A stretch of 64,000 bases of DNA from Octopus sinensis (Eukaryota), in assembly GCF_006345805.1 (NCBI RefSeq), contig NC_042997.1, forward strand, positions 191,022,001 through 191,086,000, in the 5' to 3' direction. Within the stretch, counting starts at the first letter, position 1, and each line of letters begins with the position of its first letter. Positions 41,451-54,913 of this stretch are shown in pieces. The translations under genes and the position numbers were made by a program. Below the pieces are notes generated by a model that saw only the letters and a program-made list of their open reading frames with translations, searched no databases and was not told the origin of the DNA.

Positions 41451-44400
41451 TTTGATACTTTGATACTTTGATAGGTTTTGGCCATTATTGGCCCAGGCCA
41501 TGTCTAACTTAATAGCACCACCTGGTGAAGTCTTTCAAGTCAGAATTTGGGCACTATGGCCCACTCAAGTAGAGAGTTATTGTTTACAGAGACATATCGG
41601 GTGTAGGGGTTTATATCCGGGATTTCTTGAAGGAATCTGTCCAAAGACTTCTTGAACCCTATAGGGTCAGTTTCTGTTTTAATGTGTTTTGGTGTAATGT
41701 TAAAGAGAGCGGGGCCAATGAGGTGAAATAATTGTGCCGTATTGTTGTTATGAGATGAGAGTGCGATTTTTGTTTTGGGCGGATGGCACGGGGCCCAGCC
41801 TTGGATGTACCTTAAAGGTGATGCCAACATCATTTGGGCAATGCTGATGGAATATTTTCCACATCATGCAGATGATGTAGCGCTCACGACGACGTTGGGA
41901 GAATAGAGTTTTAGCTTTTCTAGTCGACCCCAATAGTCGAGGCCTGTCATGCCATCTATCTTTTTGTGATTGCCCTTTGAGGTGCTTCAACTTTTATGAT
42001 ACCTTGTATTGTGTGGGGAGACCACGGTGGACAACAGTATTCAAGGTGGGGTCGGGCAAAAGTGGAGAAGAGAAGGATAATGGTGTGGATATCTCTCGAC
42101 TGGAAAGTTCTGAGAATCCAGGAACACATTCTGCGGGCCATGTCAACTTTGGTGTTTATATGAGTGGCCCAGCTTATGTTGTTGTCCACAATTACTCCCA
42201 AGTCTCTGATGTTGTTGGACGCCGCGAGAGTTTCACCTGAAGGAAGGGAGTATGGGAGTTTCAGGGCATCCTCTTTTCCAAAGTGGATTAGCTCAAATTT
42301 ATCCTCGTTCAGCAGCATATTGTTTTTTTCTGCCCATTGGATAACAGCCAGTAGATCTGACTGAAAGCATGTCCGGTCACTCGCCTCATTTATGACCTTC
42401 TGTAGCTTGGAGTCATCTGCAAAGATTTTTATGTTGCTGTGCTTGATGATGTCATTAATGTAAATGATGAAAAGAAGTGGGCCCAGCACAGTGCCTTGCG
42501 GAACGCCACTACTGACTTTGGCTGGGCTTGATTTTACCCCTTCAACTACAACATGTTGAGATCTGTCTGTCAGGAAACACTTGATCCATTTCAGTAACTT
42601 TCCAGAGACACCAATGTTGGATAGTTTTTTCAATAGGATCTTGTGATCGACCCTGTCGAAGGCCTTACTGAAATCAAGGTAGATGACATCGGTGTTGGAG
42701 CCCTCTCCCAAAGCTCTCAAAATGTCCTCAAAGTGATGCAGGAGCTGCGTTAGGCAGTCCCTTCCATTACGGAACCCATGTTGGTTGGAGATCAGCCGTC
42801 TGTTGCTTTCCAGAAATTGGGTTATTCGAGATCTCACCACCCTCTCAATACCTTGATGATATGAGAGGTGAGTGAGATCGGACGGTAATTCACTGCAAGG
42901 GACTTGTTTCCCTTTTTAAAAACTGGGACAACAGACTGGGACAGAAGGTTTTTTGGAATATAGCCAGCATCCAGTGAGTTTCTCCACAGATTAGCAAGGG
43001 GAATGCAAGTTGGTGTCGACACACCTTCAGGAACAAGCAGGGAACCTATCGGGGCCTACTGCTGAATTGTGTTTTATTTCGTTTATCGCCACTAAGACAT
43101 CAGGGGCACTAAACGTTATGTCCGATATAGTGTGTTGGGGGTTGACATCACTGATACAGCCCAGATCGGCCATATCAGGATTGCTGAAAACAGAGCAGTA
43201 TTGTTTCTGCAGTATCTCGGCCATGGATTTGGCATTATCTTGGAGAGTGCCAGTTTCGTCAATTAGAGGGCCTACAGTGGAGACAGTGACCCTGCGTTTC
43301 CTCGCAAATGAAAAGAACACTTTGGAGTTGAGTTTGATTTTTTCAATGGCCCACTTCTCCTCAGCTGATCTTTGGTTATTGATGAGGGTCTTCATGCATT
43401 GTTGGAGGTTATATTTTTTGGATTCAAGTAGTGCGATAGCCGTCGAATGTGTGTGTTGCTGTTGGCAGTACTTTAGTTTGTTAATTTTTTTGTTTGTTCT
43501 TTTTATTTTTCTGATAATGGTTTTTCTGTTTGGGGGGATTCTGCACTTTTTGTTCACAGGTCTTGGTGGGGAGTGTTTTGCACATATGTCTGTGACGGTG
43601 TCTACAAAGATCTGCCAAGATGTTTTATGGTTGGTGGAAATGTGTGTATGTGTAAAGGACCAGTCAACAGTGATAAGCTCGTTCCTGATTGCATCCCAGT
43701 TGGCATTATGGAGATCCATGTTGTCAAATGGGTGGGCTGGAGGAAGGTCACTAGGATTAGCTTTTGGCTGGTGGAATTTCATGTTACAGAGAACCATGTC
43801 ATGGTCTGAAAGAAGGGTTTTTTCCACTGTAACGTTATGTATAGTGTTAGTGTGGTTACTAAACACTAGGTCCAAAATGTTCTGATGTCTTGTTGGTGCA
43901 AGGACAAGTTGGGACAAGAAAAACTCATTCGTAAAGTCGAAAAGTGACTCTGCTGCTTCTTTGTCAGCGGTTGAGGCGGGAGTGCTTGGTTTCAAACAGT
44001 TTGTAGTCCAGTCAACACAGGGTAGATTGAAGTCTCCCATCATGAGTATGTTGCTAGAATGGCACTGTTGAATAAAGCACTTAATGCTGTTGAGGCATTC
44101 TTTAAAGCACAGTATGGGTGTTTGGGGCGGCCTATAGAGCCCAATTACTGTCAGGTCATTGGCTTTGTTGTGCACGGTGACTGATTCACAGTAGCCGTTG
44201 GAGAATATACTATTTCCATCTGCCGTAAATGAATCATGCAGGAAAATGGCAGTTCCACCCTTCCTCCTGCCGATACGATCCGCACGGATGGTTGTGAAAT
44301 TCTTCACTCTCACTTCGGCTTCCAAGTGGGAGTTGTCAAGGTGGGTCTCAGTGAGAATGAAGAAAGGGATGTGGTGTGAATGGTTACCAACCCAGTCTTC

Positions 44401-46080
44401 AATGAATTGGACCTTCCATTTTTGTGCATTGATGGAAGGGCTGACACCTTGTGCATTGAGTAGGAATGTGGAGGTTAGTGTAGTGGCTGGTTTTGACTGT
44501 TGCAGGGGGCTTGGATTTTTGTGTGTGTTAGTGGCAGCAATGTGGGGAATTGGTGCACTGGGGTAATAGCATAGGATGGTGTTGAGTGATGGCTAGAATG
44601 TTTTTGTGTATCTCTTTTGCCATGTTCAACATGGCTAAAAAAGAATTTTCCTGCTTAGGGAGCAGTTTTTGGCTGGAGGTGTGGTTGCACTGTTGGATAG
44701 GGTTGTAGTTTCCACTTTTGTTGTTGTTGTTTTTGTGTCTTCCTGAAAAGACTGGACCAGCATTACTGCAGCATGGTGTGTTTCTATTTTTATTTTTATT
44801 CAGGTCTGTGTGTTGGCTTGAAGCCCCGTTTCTGTTTGTGCGTCGGGTCCCTGGAAGATGAGTGAAGGGACAGTCACTCAGCAGACATGTTCTCTCACGT
44901 TGGGAATACCGGCAGATTTTGGGACTCCGAGTTGTGTGTGTTTTGAATTTCGATTTACTATTTGGTAGTGTTGATGTTATTGTGGGATGCGTGCTTTGGC
45001 CTTGGCCGGTAGTGCGTCTAGTGCCGGGTAGATGCGTGAAGATGCAGTCACTATTTGTGCAGAGTCTCTGGCGCAGTGAATAGCGGCATATTTGGGGATT
45101 TCTTGTTTGTGCCGTGGGGGGCGCATTCTGCTTCCTATATTCCTTTAAGTTTTTGTTACTGCAGTAGTATTGAGGTGGTGATGTGGGGGAAGAGGGCAGT
45201 GGTTTCTTATTTGGTTTTCTGTTGGTATTTTTGGTGATAGAAGACGATGGTGGCAGCGGTGGTGATGATGATGATGATAATTGTGGTGGTTACCGTGAGA
45301 GCGGTGAAAAGATACTGGCATTTAGTGAATCGTCTAGTAAGCTAGAGTTGAGGAGTGGCTGTTGTTGTTCTTGTTGCTGTGGCTGTTGTTGTTGTTGTTG
45401 TGCTTGACCGATGTTAGGGTCAGCTATTGTGCTGGAAACCAGGAGTGGCTCATTCTGTTGTTGTTGTTGTTGTGGCTGCTGATTTTCTAGCTGTTGCTGT
45501 TCTTGAACTGTGAAAATATGAAGAAGCTTTTCATAATGGCCTTTTGTCAGTTTGAAAGATACTTCGATATGTTTCAGTTTGCTACGAATCTGTTTGACGG
45601 ATCGTGTGTTGACCACTTGTGATGTTTTTTCGGCAATCTCATTCAAACACAAAACTTTAGATTTTCTGTTTGGGAAAGAGAGAACCATGTGTTATTAAAA
45701 CATCAATTTCGTTATCAGACCAATTTCGTCTGTTGCAGGCCTGCAAGTTAGTCATGTTTGTTTTCTTTTGTTTGTTTTCCTTTTGATTTTTGAAAATATA
45801 TATATTCTTCTTGGAGTTAAAGAAGTGTATATATATATATATAAATGTTCTCTCTTAAGGGTGTGAGTTTTGATTATTTGGTTGTTTGAGGATATTAAAA
45901 GAAAAACAGGTGTATAACAATTTGTAGTTAAATGAAAACGTACTTACGGGTTTGTAGGCAAACACGTGGTTACAAAATAATATATATTTAAGGTCAGTTG
46001 AGTTTTGAAGCTGTGTAGCTTGCTACTGACTTGGGAGAGAAACAAATAGACGTCCGTCCACTTCAACAGTTAATCCAACT
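41449..46080 (-). mobile_element. Near full-length CR1-type LINE (ORF1 45688-44528 with one internal stop; ORF2 APE+RT ~44480-41540, frameshifted)
   Basis: APE motifs (ILTETHL, GLYRPP, MGDFNLP, LDLVFSN, LSDH); RT motifs (QHGFR, YLDFSKAFDRVDH, SGVPQGTVLGPLLF, FADD); (ATCAAAGT)n 3' tail; (TA)n on both sides. Confidence 0.92.
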
Positions 46081-46081
46081 A

Positions 46082-46115
<34 letters not shown>

Positions 46116-46396
46116 GATGTGTATATGTATATATACAGACACACACACACATATATATATATATTATTATATATATATATATATATGAGCGTCAATAATA
46201 CTTTAATTGTTCCACGTCCTGCGTTGCTGTGTTTTTTTTCTCTTTTTTTTCTGTTTTTTCCTGTTTGGATAAACTTTATACATATAATATATATAAACAT
46301 AGATGGATATATATATATACTGCACAGATGGATATATACATAGATGTATATATATATATAATATATATATCTATATATATATATATATATATTATA

Positions 46397-46427
<31 letters not shown>

Positions 46428-46462
46428 TGTAGTACACATATAGATGTGTACCAATTTCTGTG

Positions 46463-46553
46463 CCCAAATTCTGACTTGAAAGACTTCACCAGGTGTGCTA
46501 TTAAGTTAGACATGGCCTGGGCCAATAATGGCTGAAACCTATCAAAGTAATCA
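46463..46553 (+). mobile_element. ~90-bp 3'-end fragment of the same CR1-type family, opposite orientation
   Basis: Reverse complement of about 41465-41552, including the ATCAAAGT tail unit. Confidence 0.85.
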
Positions 46554-46741
46554 AATTATATATGTATGTGTATATATCTATGTATGTGTACATATATATA
46601 TATCTTGATGCATATATAATGCATATATAGATGTGTATATGTATATATATACACATACATCTACGTTTATGCGTGTATATGTACATGTAGAGGTAGGTAC
46701 GTACATATATGTTTATATATATGCATATGTTCTATTTTATT

Positions 46742-46807
<66 letters not shown>

Positions 46808-46868
46808 ATTGATTGATTGATTGATTCCAGTTCCAGCCTATGAGCTGGCCATGCTGGGGCACCGCCAT

Positions 46869-49547
46869 ATTATATAAAAGGGCTTAGTAAAATAAATTAC
46901 TTTGCCGCATACTGAACTCATTAGAATAGCAGCTAAAAAACTTTTTTAAAGCTATTTCTAATACCTAAAGAAAATCTCTCTCATATATAGTGTTTGCTTA
47001 ATTCAACTCACAAAAGTTTGGGGGTAAGGACATCGAAAAATCAAATGCTAAGGTTATTTGAGAACGTACGTTTCAAGATTAGTCAAAAACAACACTTCTA
47101 TCATCAGCTCAGAAATTCCTTGGTTTGGATTTGGAAACACTGAAAATAAGAACAACCCCTTCGAAGATCTGTTCGTAACTAACAGTATCAACAAATTCAA
47201 ATAAGCAAGCGAAGAATCTCTGTTCTCCCCTTTCCACCAGCGTGGGTTAAAAACATCAAACACTATGCTTATTTCGGTAAAATCCGAAGCATTAATCAGA
47301 GGGAGATTAATTATAATTTCAACAATTGAGGGCAAAATTAATTAATTATTAATCAATTTCACCAAGTGTTCAGTATGCAAAGGGACCATTCAAGGCGAAT
47401 TCAAATTATTACATATATAAGGGCTTAGTAAAATAAATTACTTTGCCGCATACTGAACTCATTAGAAATAGCAGCTAAAAAACTTTTTTAAAGCTATTTC
47501 TAATACCTAAAGAAAATCTCTCTCATATATAGTGTTTGCTTAATTCAACTCACAAAAGTTTGGGGTAGGACATCGAAAAATCAAATGCTAAGGTTATTTG
47601 AGAACGTACGTTTCAAGATTAGTCAAAAACAACACTCTATCATCAGCTCAGAAATTCCTTGGTTTGGATTTGGAAACACTGAAAATAAGAACATACCCTT
47701 TCGAAGATCTGCTCGTATAACAGTATCAACAAATTCAAATAAGCAAGCGAAGAATCTCTGTTCTCCCCTTTCCACCAGCGTGGGTTAAAAACATCAAACA
47801 CTATGCTTATTTCGGTAAAATCCGAAGCATTAATCAGAGGGAGATTAATTATAATTTCAACAATTGAGGGCAAAATTAATTAATTATTAATCAATTCACC
47901 AAGTGTTCAGTATGCAAAGGGACCATTCAAGGCGAATTCAAATTATTACATTATATAAAAGGGCTTAGTAAAATAATACTTTGCCGCATACTGAACTCAT
48001 TAGAAATAGCAGCTAAAAAACTTTTTTAAAGCTATTTCTAATACCTAAAGAAAATCTCTCTCATATATAGTGTTTGCTTAATTCAACTCACAAAAGTTTG
48101 GGGGTAAGGACATCGAAAAATCAAATGCTAAGGTTATTTGAGAACGTACGTTTCAAGATTAGTCAAAAACAACACTTCTATCATCAGCTCAGAAATTCCT
48201 TGGTTTGGATTTGGAAACACTGAAAATAAGAACATACCTTTTCGAAGATCTGCTCGTAACTAACAGTATCAACAAATTCAAATAAGCAAGCGAAGAATCT
48301 CTGTTCTCCCCTTTCCTTCACCAGCGTGGGTTAAAAACATCAAACACTATGCTTATTTCGGTAAAATCCGAAGCATTAATCAGAGGGAGATTAATTATAA
48401 TTTCAACAATTGAGGGCAAAATTAATTAATTATTAATCAATTTCACCAAGTGTTCAGTATGCAAAGGGACCATTCAAGGCGAATTCAAATTATTACATTA
48501 TATAAAAGGGCTTAGTAAAATAAATTACTTTGCCGCATACTGAACTCATTAGAAATAGCAGCTAAAAAACTTTTTTAAAGCTATTTCTAATACCTAAAGA
48601 AAATCTCTCTCATATATAGTGTTTGCTTAATTCAACTCACAAAAGTTTGGGGGTAAGGACATCGAAAAATCAAATGCTAAGGTTATTTGAGAACGTACGT
48701 TTCAAGATTAGTCAAAAACAACACTTCTATCATCAGCTCAGAAATTCCTTGGTTTGGATTTGGAAACACTGAAAATAAGAACATACCCTTTCGAAGATCT
48801 GCTCGTAACTAACAGTATCAACAAATTCAAATAAGCAAGCGAAGAATCTCTGTTCTCCCCTTTCCACCAGCGTGGGTTAAAAACATCAAACCTTTTATAT
48901 AATGTAATAATTTGAATTCGCCTTGAATGGTCCCTTTGCATACTGAACACTTGGTGAAATTGATTAATAATTAATTAATTTTGCCCTCAATTGTTGAAAT
49001 TATAATTAATCTCCCTCTGATTAATGCTTCGGATTTTACCGAAATAAGCATAGTGTTGATGTTTTTAACCCACGCTGGTGGAAAGGGGAGAACAGAGATT
49101 CTTCGCTTGCTTATTTGAATTTGTTGATACTGTTAGTTACGAGCAGATCTTCGAAGGGTATGTTCTTATTTTCAGTGTTTCCAAATCCAAACCAAGGAAT
49201 TTCTGAGCTGATGATAGAAGTGTTGTTTTTGACTAATCTTGAAACGTACGTTCTCAAATAACCTTAGCATTTGATTTTTCGATGTCCTTACCCCCAAACT
49301 TTTGTGAGTTGAATTAAGCAAACACTATATATGAGAGAGATTTTCTTTAGGTATTAGAAATAGCTTTAAAAAAGTTTTTTAGCTGCTATTTCTAATGAGT
49401 TCAGTATGCGGCAAAGTAATTTATTTTACTAAGCCTTTTATATAATGTAATAATTTGAATTCGCCTTGAATGGTCCCTTTGCATACTGAACACTTGGTGA
49501 AATTGATTAATAATTAATTAATTTTGCCCTCAATTGTTGAAATTATA
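46869..49547. repeat. Tandem array 2 of ~540-549-bp hammerhead-containing monomers with an internal inversion at 48890/48891
   Basis: Hammerhead motifs on the minus strand at 47059-47111, 47599-47650, 48139-48191, 48688-48740, and on the plus strand at 49204-49256. Confidence 0.92.
49204..49256 (+). ncRNA. Type I hammerhead ribozyme motif (representative of 7 array copies)
   Basis: TGAG | CTGATGA | TAGAAGT..ACTAATCTT | GAAA | C-GTAC-G-TT | CTCA; GUU triplet, predicted cleavage 49252/49253; palindrome AACGTACGTT; atypical U.U first pair in stem II. Confidence 0.75.
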
Positions 49548-49575
49548 TATAGATATATATATATATATATACATC

Positions 49576-49632
<57 letters not shown>

Positions 49633-50316
49633 ATCTATACATACATACATAACCTCCCTCTCTCTCTCTCTCTCTCTGACTCTCTTTCACACACACACAC
49701 ACACACACCCACACACCACACTTTCTGTCTTGCACACCTCATCAAACACACACACCTCAATTCTTTCGCTTCACACTGACTTCAAATGATGTCTTCCTTG
49801 ATCCAATCTCTCTCTCTCTCTTTCTCTCTCTTTCGCTTTTACGCCGATTTCAAAAGATCCCCTCCCCCCACCCCACATGTGTAAAAAAAATAAAAAGTTT
49901 TTATGAGTAGCAATCTTGTTCGCAAGCATAAACAAATGCATGTGGTTTAAGAAGTGGTGTAAACAGTACTCAAATTGAAAGATCGCAAACAACTTGAAAT
50001 CAGAAAAAAAATAGTGCAGTGGGTTTAAAACAAATGTGTAGGAAACGAATATGAAATGGGCATGTGTGTGTGTGAGAGAGAGGGGGGAAGAGAGATAGAG
50101 AGGAAGGGAGAAAGAGAGAGAGAGAGAGAGAGGAAGGGAGAAAAAAGGGAAAGAGAGTGACTGAAGAGGTGTGTTGTCATGTATACGTACATACATCAAT
50201 ACATATACATACATCACTTTTGTATGTACATATGCGTGTGTGTGAGAGAGAGAGAGAGAGAGAGTGAGTGAGTGAGTGAGTGAACGTGTGTGTTTTCATG
50301 TATGTGTAAGTGGCAC

Positions 50317-50359
<43 letters not shown>

Positions 50360-51003
50360 CACACACGTCCATTTCATATAAACGTTCATACATTTTTCAC
50401 TTTCTTTCACTTTAAAACAAAAGTAAATAAATAAAAAAATTTTTACCGAAATTACCAAATAAGACAGCTGATTCAGGTTACAGTTCGGTGACAACTTTGA
50501 GAGTTATAAGGAAACATAGACACTGCTTATTATCTATCTACCAAATAAATTGTTTTTCACTCAACAACTCTTTTTTTTACAAGTAAAAATATCCTCGGCA
50601 ACTGTGTTGAGTTGCACAAGTTTGAGGTCATTTTCGGACAATATTTCAAATTGCTTCTAATGTTTCACTATCGTCCGATGTTTCACGCATGCGTAGAATT
50701 CTACTCAGGCAAACAGTTATGAAAATGTATACATAAATATTGTATTAAAATAAGCCACAACCAAAACAATTGCATTAAAAGACATCCATTTGTCTAAATG
50801 TTATGAGGAAATACAACCACACTTTCTCTCTCTTTCTTTCTCTCTCTCTCTCACATACACACACACACAAAAGATGTATGCATATGTATTTATGGCTGAA
50901 GATAAAGAATATGAACACCCAATGTTTAGGGTTAGGGTTATGCCGAAAATGGGTAGTGTACATATTCTTTACCTCTGCCTATTTATGAACGTGTATATGA
51001 AAG

Positions 51004-51040
<37 letters not shown>

Positions 51041-53073
51041 AGAGTGAGTGATGCTTACACATACATGTAAAAAAATTCATGCATCACAACACACACCTCC
51101 ACTCACTCACACTCACCCTCTCTCTTTCTCTTTCTCTCTCTCCCTCTCTCTCTCTCTCTCACACACACGTCCATTTCATATACATGTACATCTTTCACTT
51201 TCTCCTCTCACTTCAAAGCAAATGCTGACTTTTCTCTTTATCCTCTCTTTCAATTTCTGCTCTCTTCAAAGCATAAATAAATTTTAAAATTTTACAGAAA
51301 TTAACGAACAATCATATGATTCCATATATGTCGAGTTGACAACTTCAAACAAAAGAATGCCATAAAATAACTTCCCTTGACACACACACACTCTAGGTAA
51401 AACTTCTGTGCAAATTATGTTAATTCCTGCAGTGTGCACATGCAAATTAAAAGCTCAAATCCAATTGAAATTATCTTTTCCTATTGTGTAATTTGTGTTT
51501 GTGATGACCGTATTGAAAAACCTGATCTTCGATATAAACTTAAAAGAAAGTTTTCCCAGAAATCCTGTCCTTTACCTCTTCTTTCTAGCATGTCTGAAGT
51601 AACATTTCCTCGCTCGTCTTATTTTTTTTCCTAAATTTCTTCCAATTCCTATGTTTGCAATACAGGCTATTAGGACTTCACCCATAAAACACATTCTCAA
51701 TATTTTAAATTTCTCCCTCTCCACACGAAATTCATTTTTTACTGTTTTCAAAAATTTTTTCTTGGTAATCCATGAGAAAAAACAGAAAGTATGAATCTTT
51801 ATGAATTTTATCCATCATCTCATCACTTTCAATGTTTCAATTTTAAGTTTTTGGAAAGCAGGGAAGTTTCTTCAGAAATAATGTCATTTATCTATTGTTT
51901 CTTGCAAGTCAGGTTTTCTGGCAGTGGTCTGGTATTTTTTAAGTTTGCTATTTCAGTAGAACTCTACACATGTGAAAAACATCAGATGAAAGTGAAAGTG
52001 AGTAGATGATGGGTGAGTGAGGTGGGAGAAGAGGAAGGGAGAAAAAAGGGAAAGAGAGTGACTGAAGAGGTGTGTTGTCATGTATACGTACATACATCAA
52101 TACATCAAGGCATTGAGTGTTTCTTTAAGAAAAATTAAGCTATAAAAGATATATGTATTTCCCAATTTCATAATCTCTGTATTTTTCAACATAGATAACA
52201 AAAACAAAAACAACAATTCAAAAAAGTTACAAATCAAGAAATTGCGGTGGAAACGGGGCAAAAATTAAAATTTTGAAAATATGATTTCTGGACAAAATCG
52301 CATTAACCCCCTTTTATACAATGAAACAATACATACTTTGTGATTCTTCTTAAGGACAGAAAACACTTTCATGTAAACCCATGCAAATTGTACCCTCTCC
52401 CTTCACTTTTAAACAAACAATATCTTCCATTATGCCATTAACTATATATCAGCTGTGCCAGTTCTGCACATAAGAAAGGAGCAAATAATACAATGTGCCT
52501 GTAGGTCATAACACCCTGGCAACGCCGGGATGTATTGCTGGTAGTAATAATAACAATGCCCTGATGCAGTACCAGGCAGTGGCTCTCATGGCTTCTGATC
52601 TTAACTGATTGGAAGTGTTATCATGTACAAGGTTTGTCTTGGTGTTCAGTACCACAGATTTGCTTGACCTTAACCAGTTAAGCAAATATTCTGCTCAATA
52701 CCACATATATGCATATCACTTGTTTGACCTTATTGACTGACGACGTGCATCCCTGAGCATGAGCAGAAATAGTAGGAGACCATCACAGCCATGTGTTGAG
52801 AGGAATTCTTTGGGGTTTGAATAATTCACCTCTGGAAACATGGGTGTTTTGTGCAACATCCTTAAACAACCCTTATTTAGAGACCTGAAGAAAATTCTAA
52901 CTGGGCTCCACCTGCAAGGTTATGCACTGTTTATCTTGATATGGGGTCACCATGTTGCGCACATATGGTTGTGATGCATGTGCCTAGTGTACCCTTATCA
53001 GATGGATAGTCATGATGATTAGATCAGGCTTCATATATTTTACCCCAGTGTCACTTTGATGGCATGCACTGCT

Positions 53074-53296
53074 GACAAACTAAGTAAATATAAGGACCCG
53101 GAAATTGAAATACCAAAGATATGGCATCTTAAAACAAGAACTGTTCCTAATATTGTAGGTGCCCTAGCTATGATAAAAAAAAAAGGTATGTCAGAAACAT
53201 CTTGATAAGATCCTGGAAGAACATTGTCTCAGAGAAATCCAAAAAATTGTGCTGACAAGTACTTCCAACATCCTTAGAAAAACTCTATCCACTTAA
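53074..53296 (+). mobile_element. R4/Dong-like RLE retrotransposon C-terminal remnant, followed by (CTT)/(CCT) microsatellite to ~53595
   Basis: KLSKYKDPEIEIPKIWHLKTRTVPNIVGALAMI, frameshift, then HLDKI...LREIQKIVLTSTSNILRKTLST*. Confidence 0.75.
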
Positions 53297-53844
53297 ATCT
53301 TCCTTCTCCTCCTCCTCCCCTTCTTCTTCTTCTTCTTCTTCTTCTTCTTCTCCTCATCATCATCCCCTCCTCTCCTCCTCCTCCTCCTCTTCTTCTTTTT
53401 CTTCTTCTCCTCCTCATCATCCCCTCCTCTCCTCCCCCTCCTCCCCTTCTTCTTTTTCTTCTTCTCCTCCTCCTCATCATCCCCTCCTCTCCTCCTCCTC
53501 CTCCCCCTCTTCTTCTTCTTTTTCTTTTTCTTCTTCTTCTTCTTCTTCTTCTTCTTCTTCTTCTTCTTCTTCTTCTTCTTCTTCTTCTTCTTCCCTACCA
53601 AGAATTCACAAGAGTACCTCGAACCCATAAGAGTAAACAAGAGAGACCAAAACAGACAGAAACAAGGAAAATGCCACTTGTATTTGAACACTATGCAAAT
53701 ATTCTTTTAAAAAAACTTTTCTTTTAATTTTTCCAAAATTTAATTGTTTTCCATATTTACAGTTGAAAAAGTCTCAATGACTGAAACCAATACTCAAAAT
53801 GTTTTTATAAAATTATTTTAGCATTTTCTACCTTGACTTTTTTC

Positions 53845-53881
<37 letters not shown>

Positions 53882-54064
53882 GCTTCTTTCAATTTCCATC
53901 AACCAAATACACTCACAAGGTTTTAATTGGCCTGGAGCTATAGTAGAAGACATTTGTTCAAGTTTCGCACAGTGGGACAGAACCTGGAACCATGCGGTTG
54001 AGATGCAAACTTTTACCACACTGTCATACCATCCTCTGATTTATAATTTTCTTTCTCTTTCTAG

Positions 54065-54196
54065 AATGCCATACTTCTTCTCAAATCTTTGGACAGGAAA
54101 AATTTTTACATTAATCTAACCAAAGAAAAACGCCACATCTATGATACCAATAAGCATCCAATGGTTAATTCATGTTTAAAGTCTTTGGGAATTTTC
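54065..54196 (+). CDS. FPGS: FPGS-like gene, first identifiable coding exon (132 bp, phase 0-0)
   Basis: Polypyrimidine tract + CTAG acceptor, GTAAGT donor. Translates NAILLLKSLDRKNFYINLTKEKRHIYDTNKHPMVNSCLKSLGIF and joins in frame to the P-loop exon. Length and position match vertebrate FPGS exon 2, but the sequence is divergent. Confidence 0.75.
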
Positions 54197-54465
54197 GTAA
54201 GTTTAATACATCTCAATATTTCCTTCTTCATCTAATTAACATAATGTATTTTAAAAAATATTGTTTCCCCTATAATATTTGACCATCAGGGGCACATTGC
54301 ATATATATATATACTCTTTACTCTTTTACTTGTTTCAGCAAATCGACCCCGGGACTTATTCTTTGTAAGCCTAGTACTTATTGTATCAGTCTCTTTTGCC
54401 GAACTGCTAAGTGACAGGAAAGTAAACACACCAGCATCGATTGTCAAGCAATGCTAGGGGGACAA

Positions 54466-54496
<31 letters not shown>

Positions 54497-54913
54497 CACA
54501 TATACGACAGGCTTCTTTCAGTTTCCGTCTGCCAAATCCACTCACAAGGCATTGGTCGGCCCGGGGCTATAGCAGAAGACACTTGCCCAAGATGTCACGC
54601 AAGATGTCACTGAACCCGGAACCATGTGGTTGGTTAGCAAGCTACTTACCACACAGCCACTCCAGCGCCTATATCTTACTTTCTTTCTAAAACGTTTTGT
54701 TCCATTGCTTCTTTTTTCACTCTTTATCTCACGATCCATTCACAGACTCTCCATTCTCCCTACACACTGTCACATTTTTCTTTTTCTCTTTCCTTCTCTC
54801 TCTCTATCTTTCTGTAATGCATCTCAGTAGCAATTTCTGATGGTCAAGGGATTTTTCCTGTTTTCATATCTCTAATTGCTTTATCTGTCATACTGTTGCC
54901 ACTTAAAATAGCT

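Noticed and set aside
43010-43885. 291-aa plus-strand ORF
   Set aside because: Antisense shadow of the CR1-type LINE ORF2; no recognisable motifs.
50927-50940. TTAGGGTTAGGG as a telomere remnant
   Set aside because: Only two units, inside repeat-derived sequence.
51957-51997. Candidate FPGS exon 1 (TTTCAG acceptor, GTGAGT donor, ...QMKVK)
   Set aside because: Lacks the Tyr-x pattern expected before the next exon and lies in degenerate repeat-like DNA. Another candidate at 33760 (MKLAEDYS) has no credible donor. Exon 1 is left unassigned.
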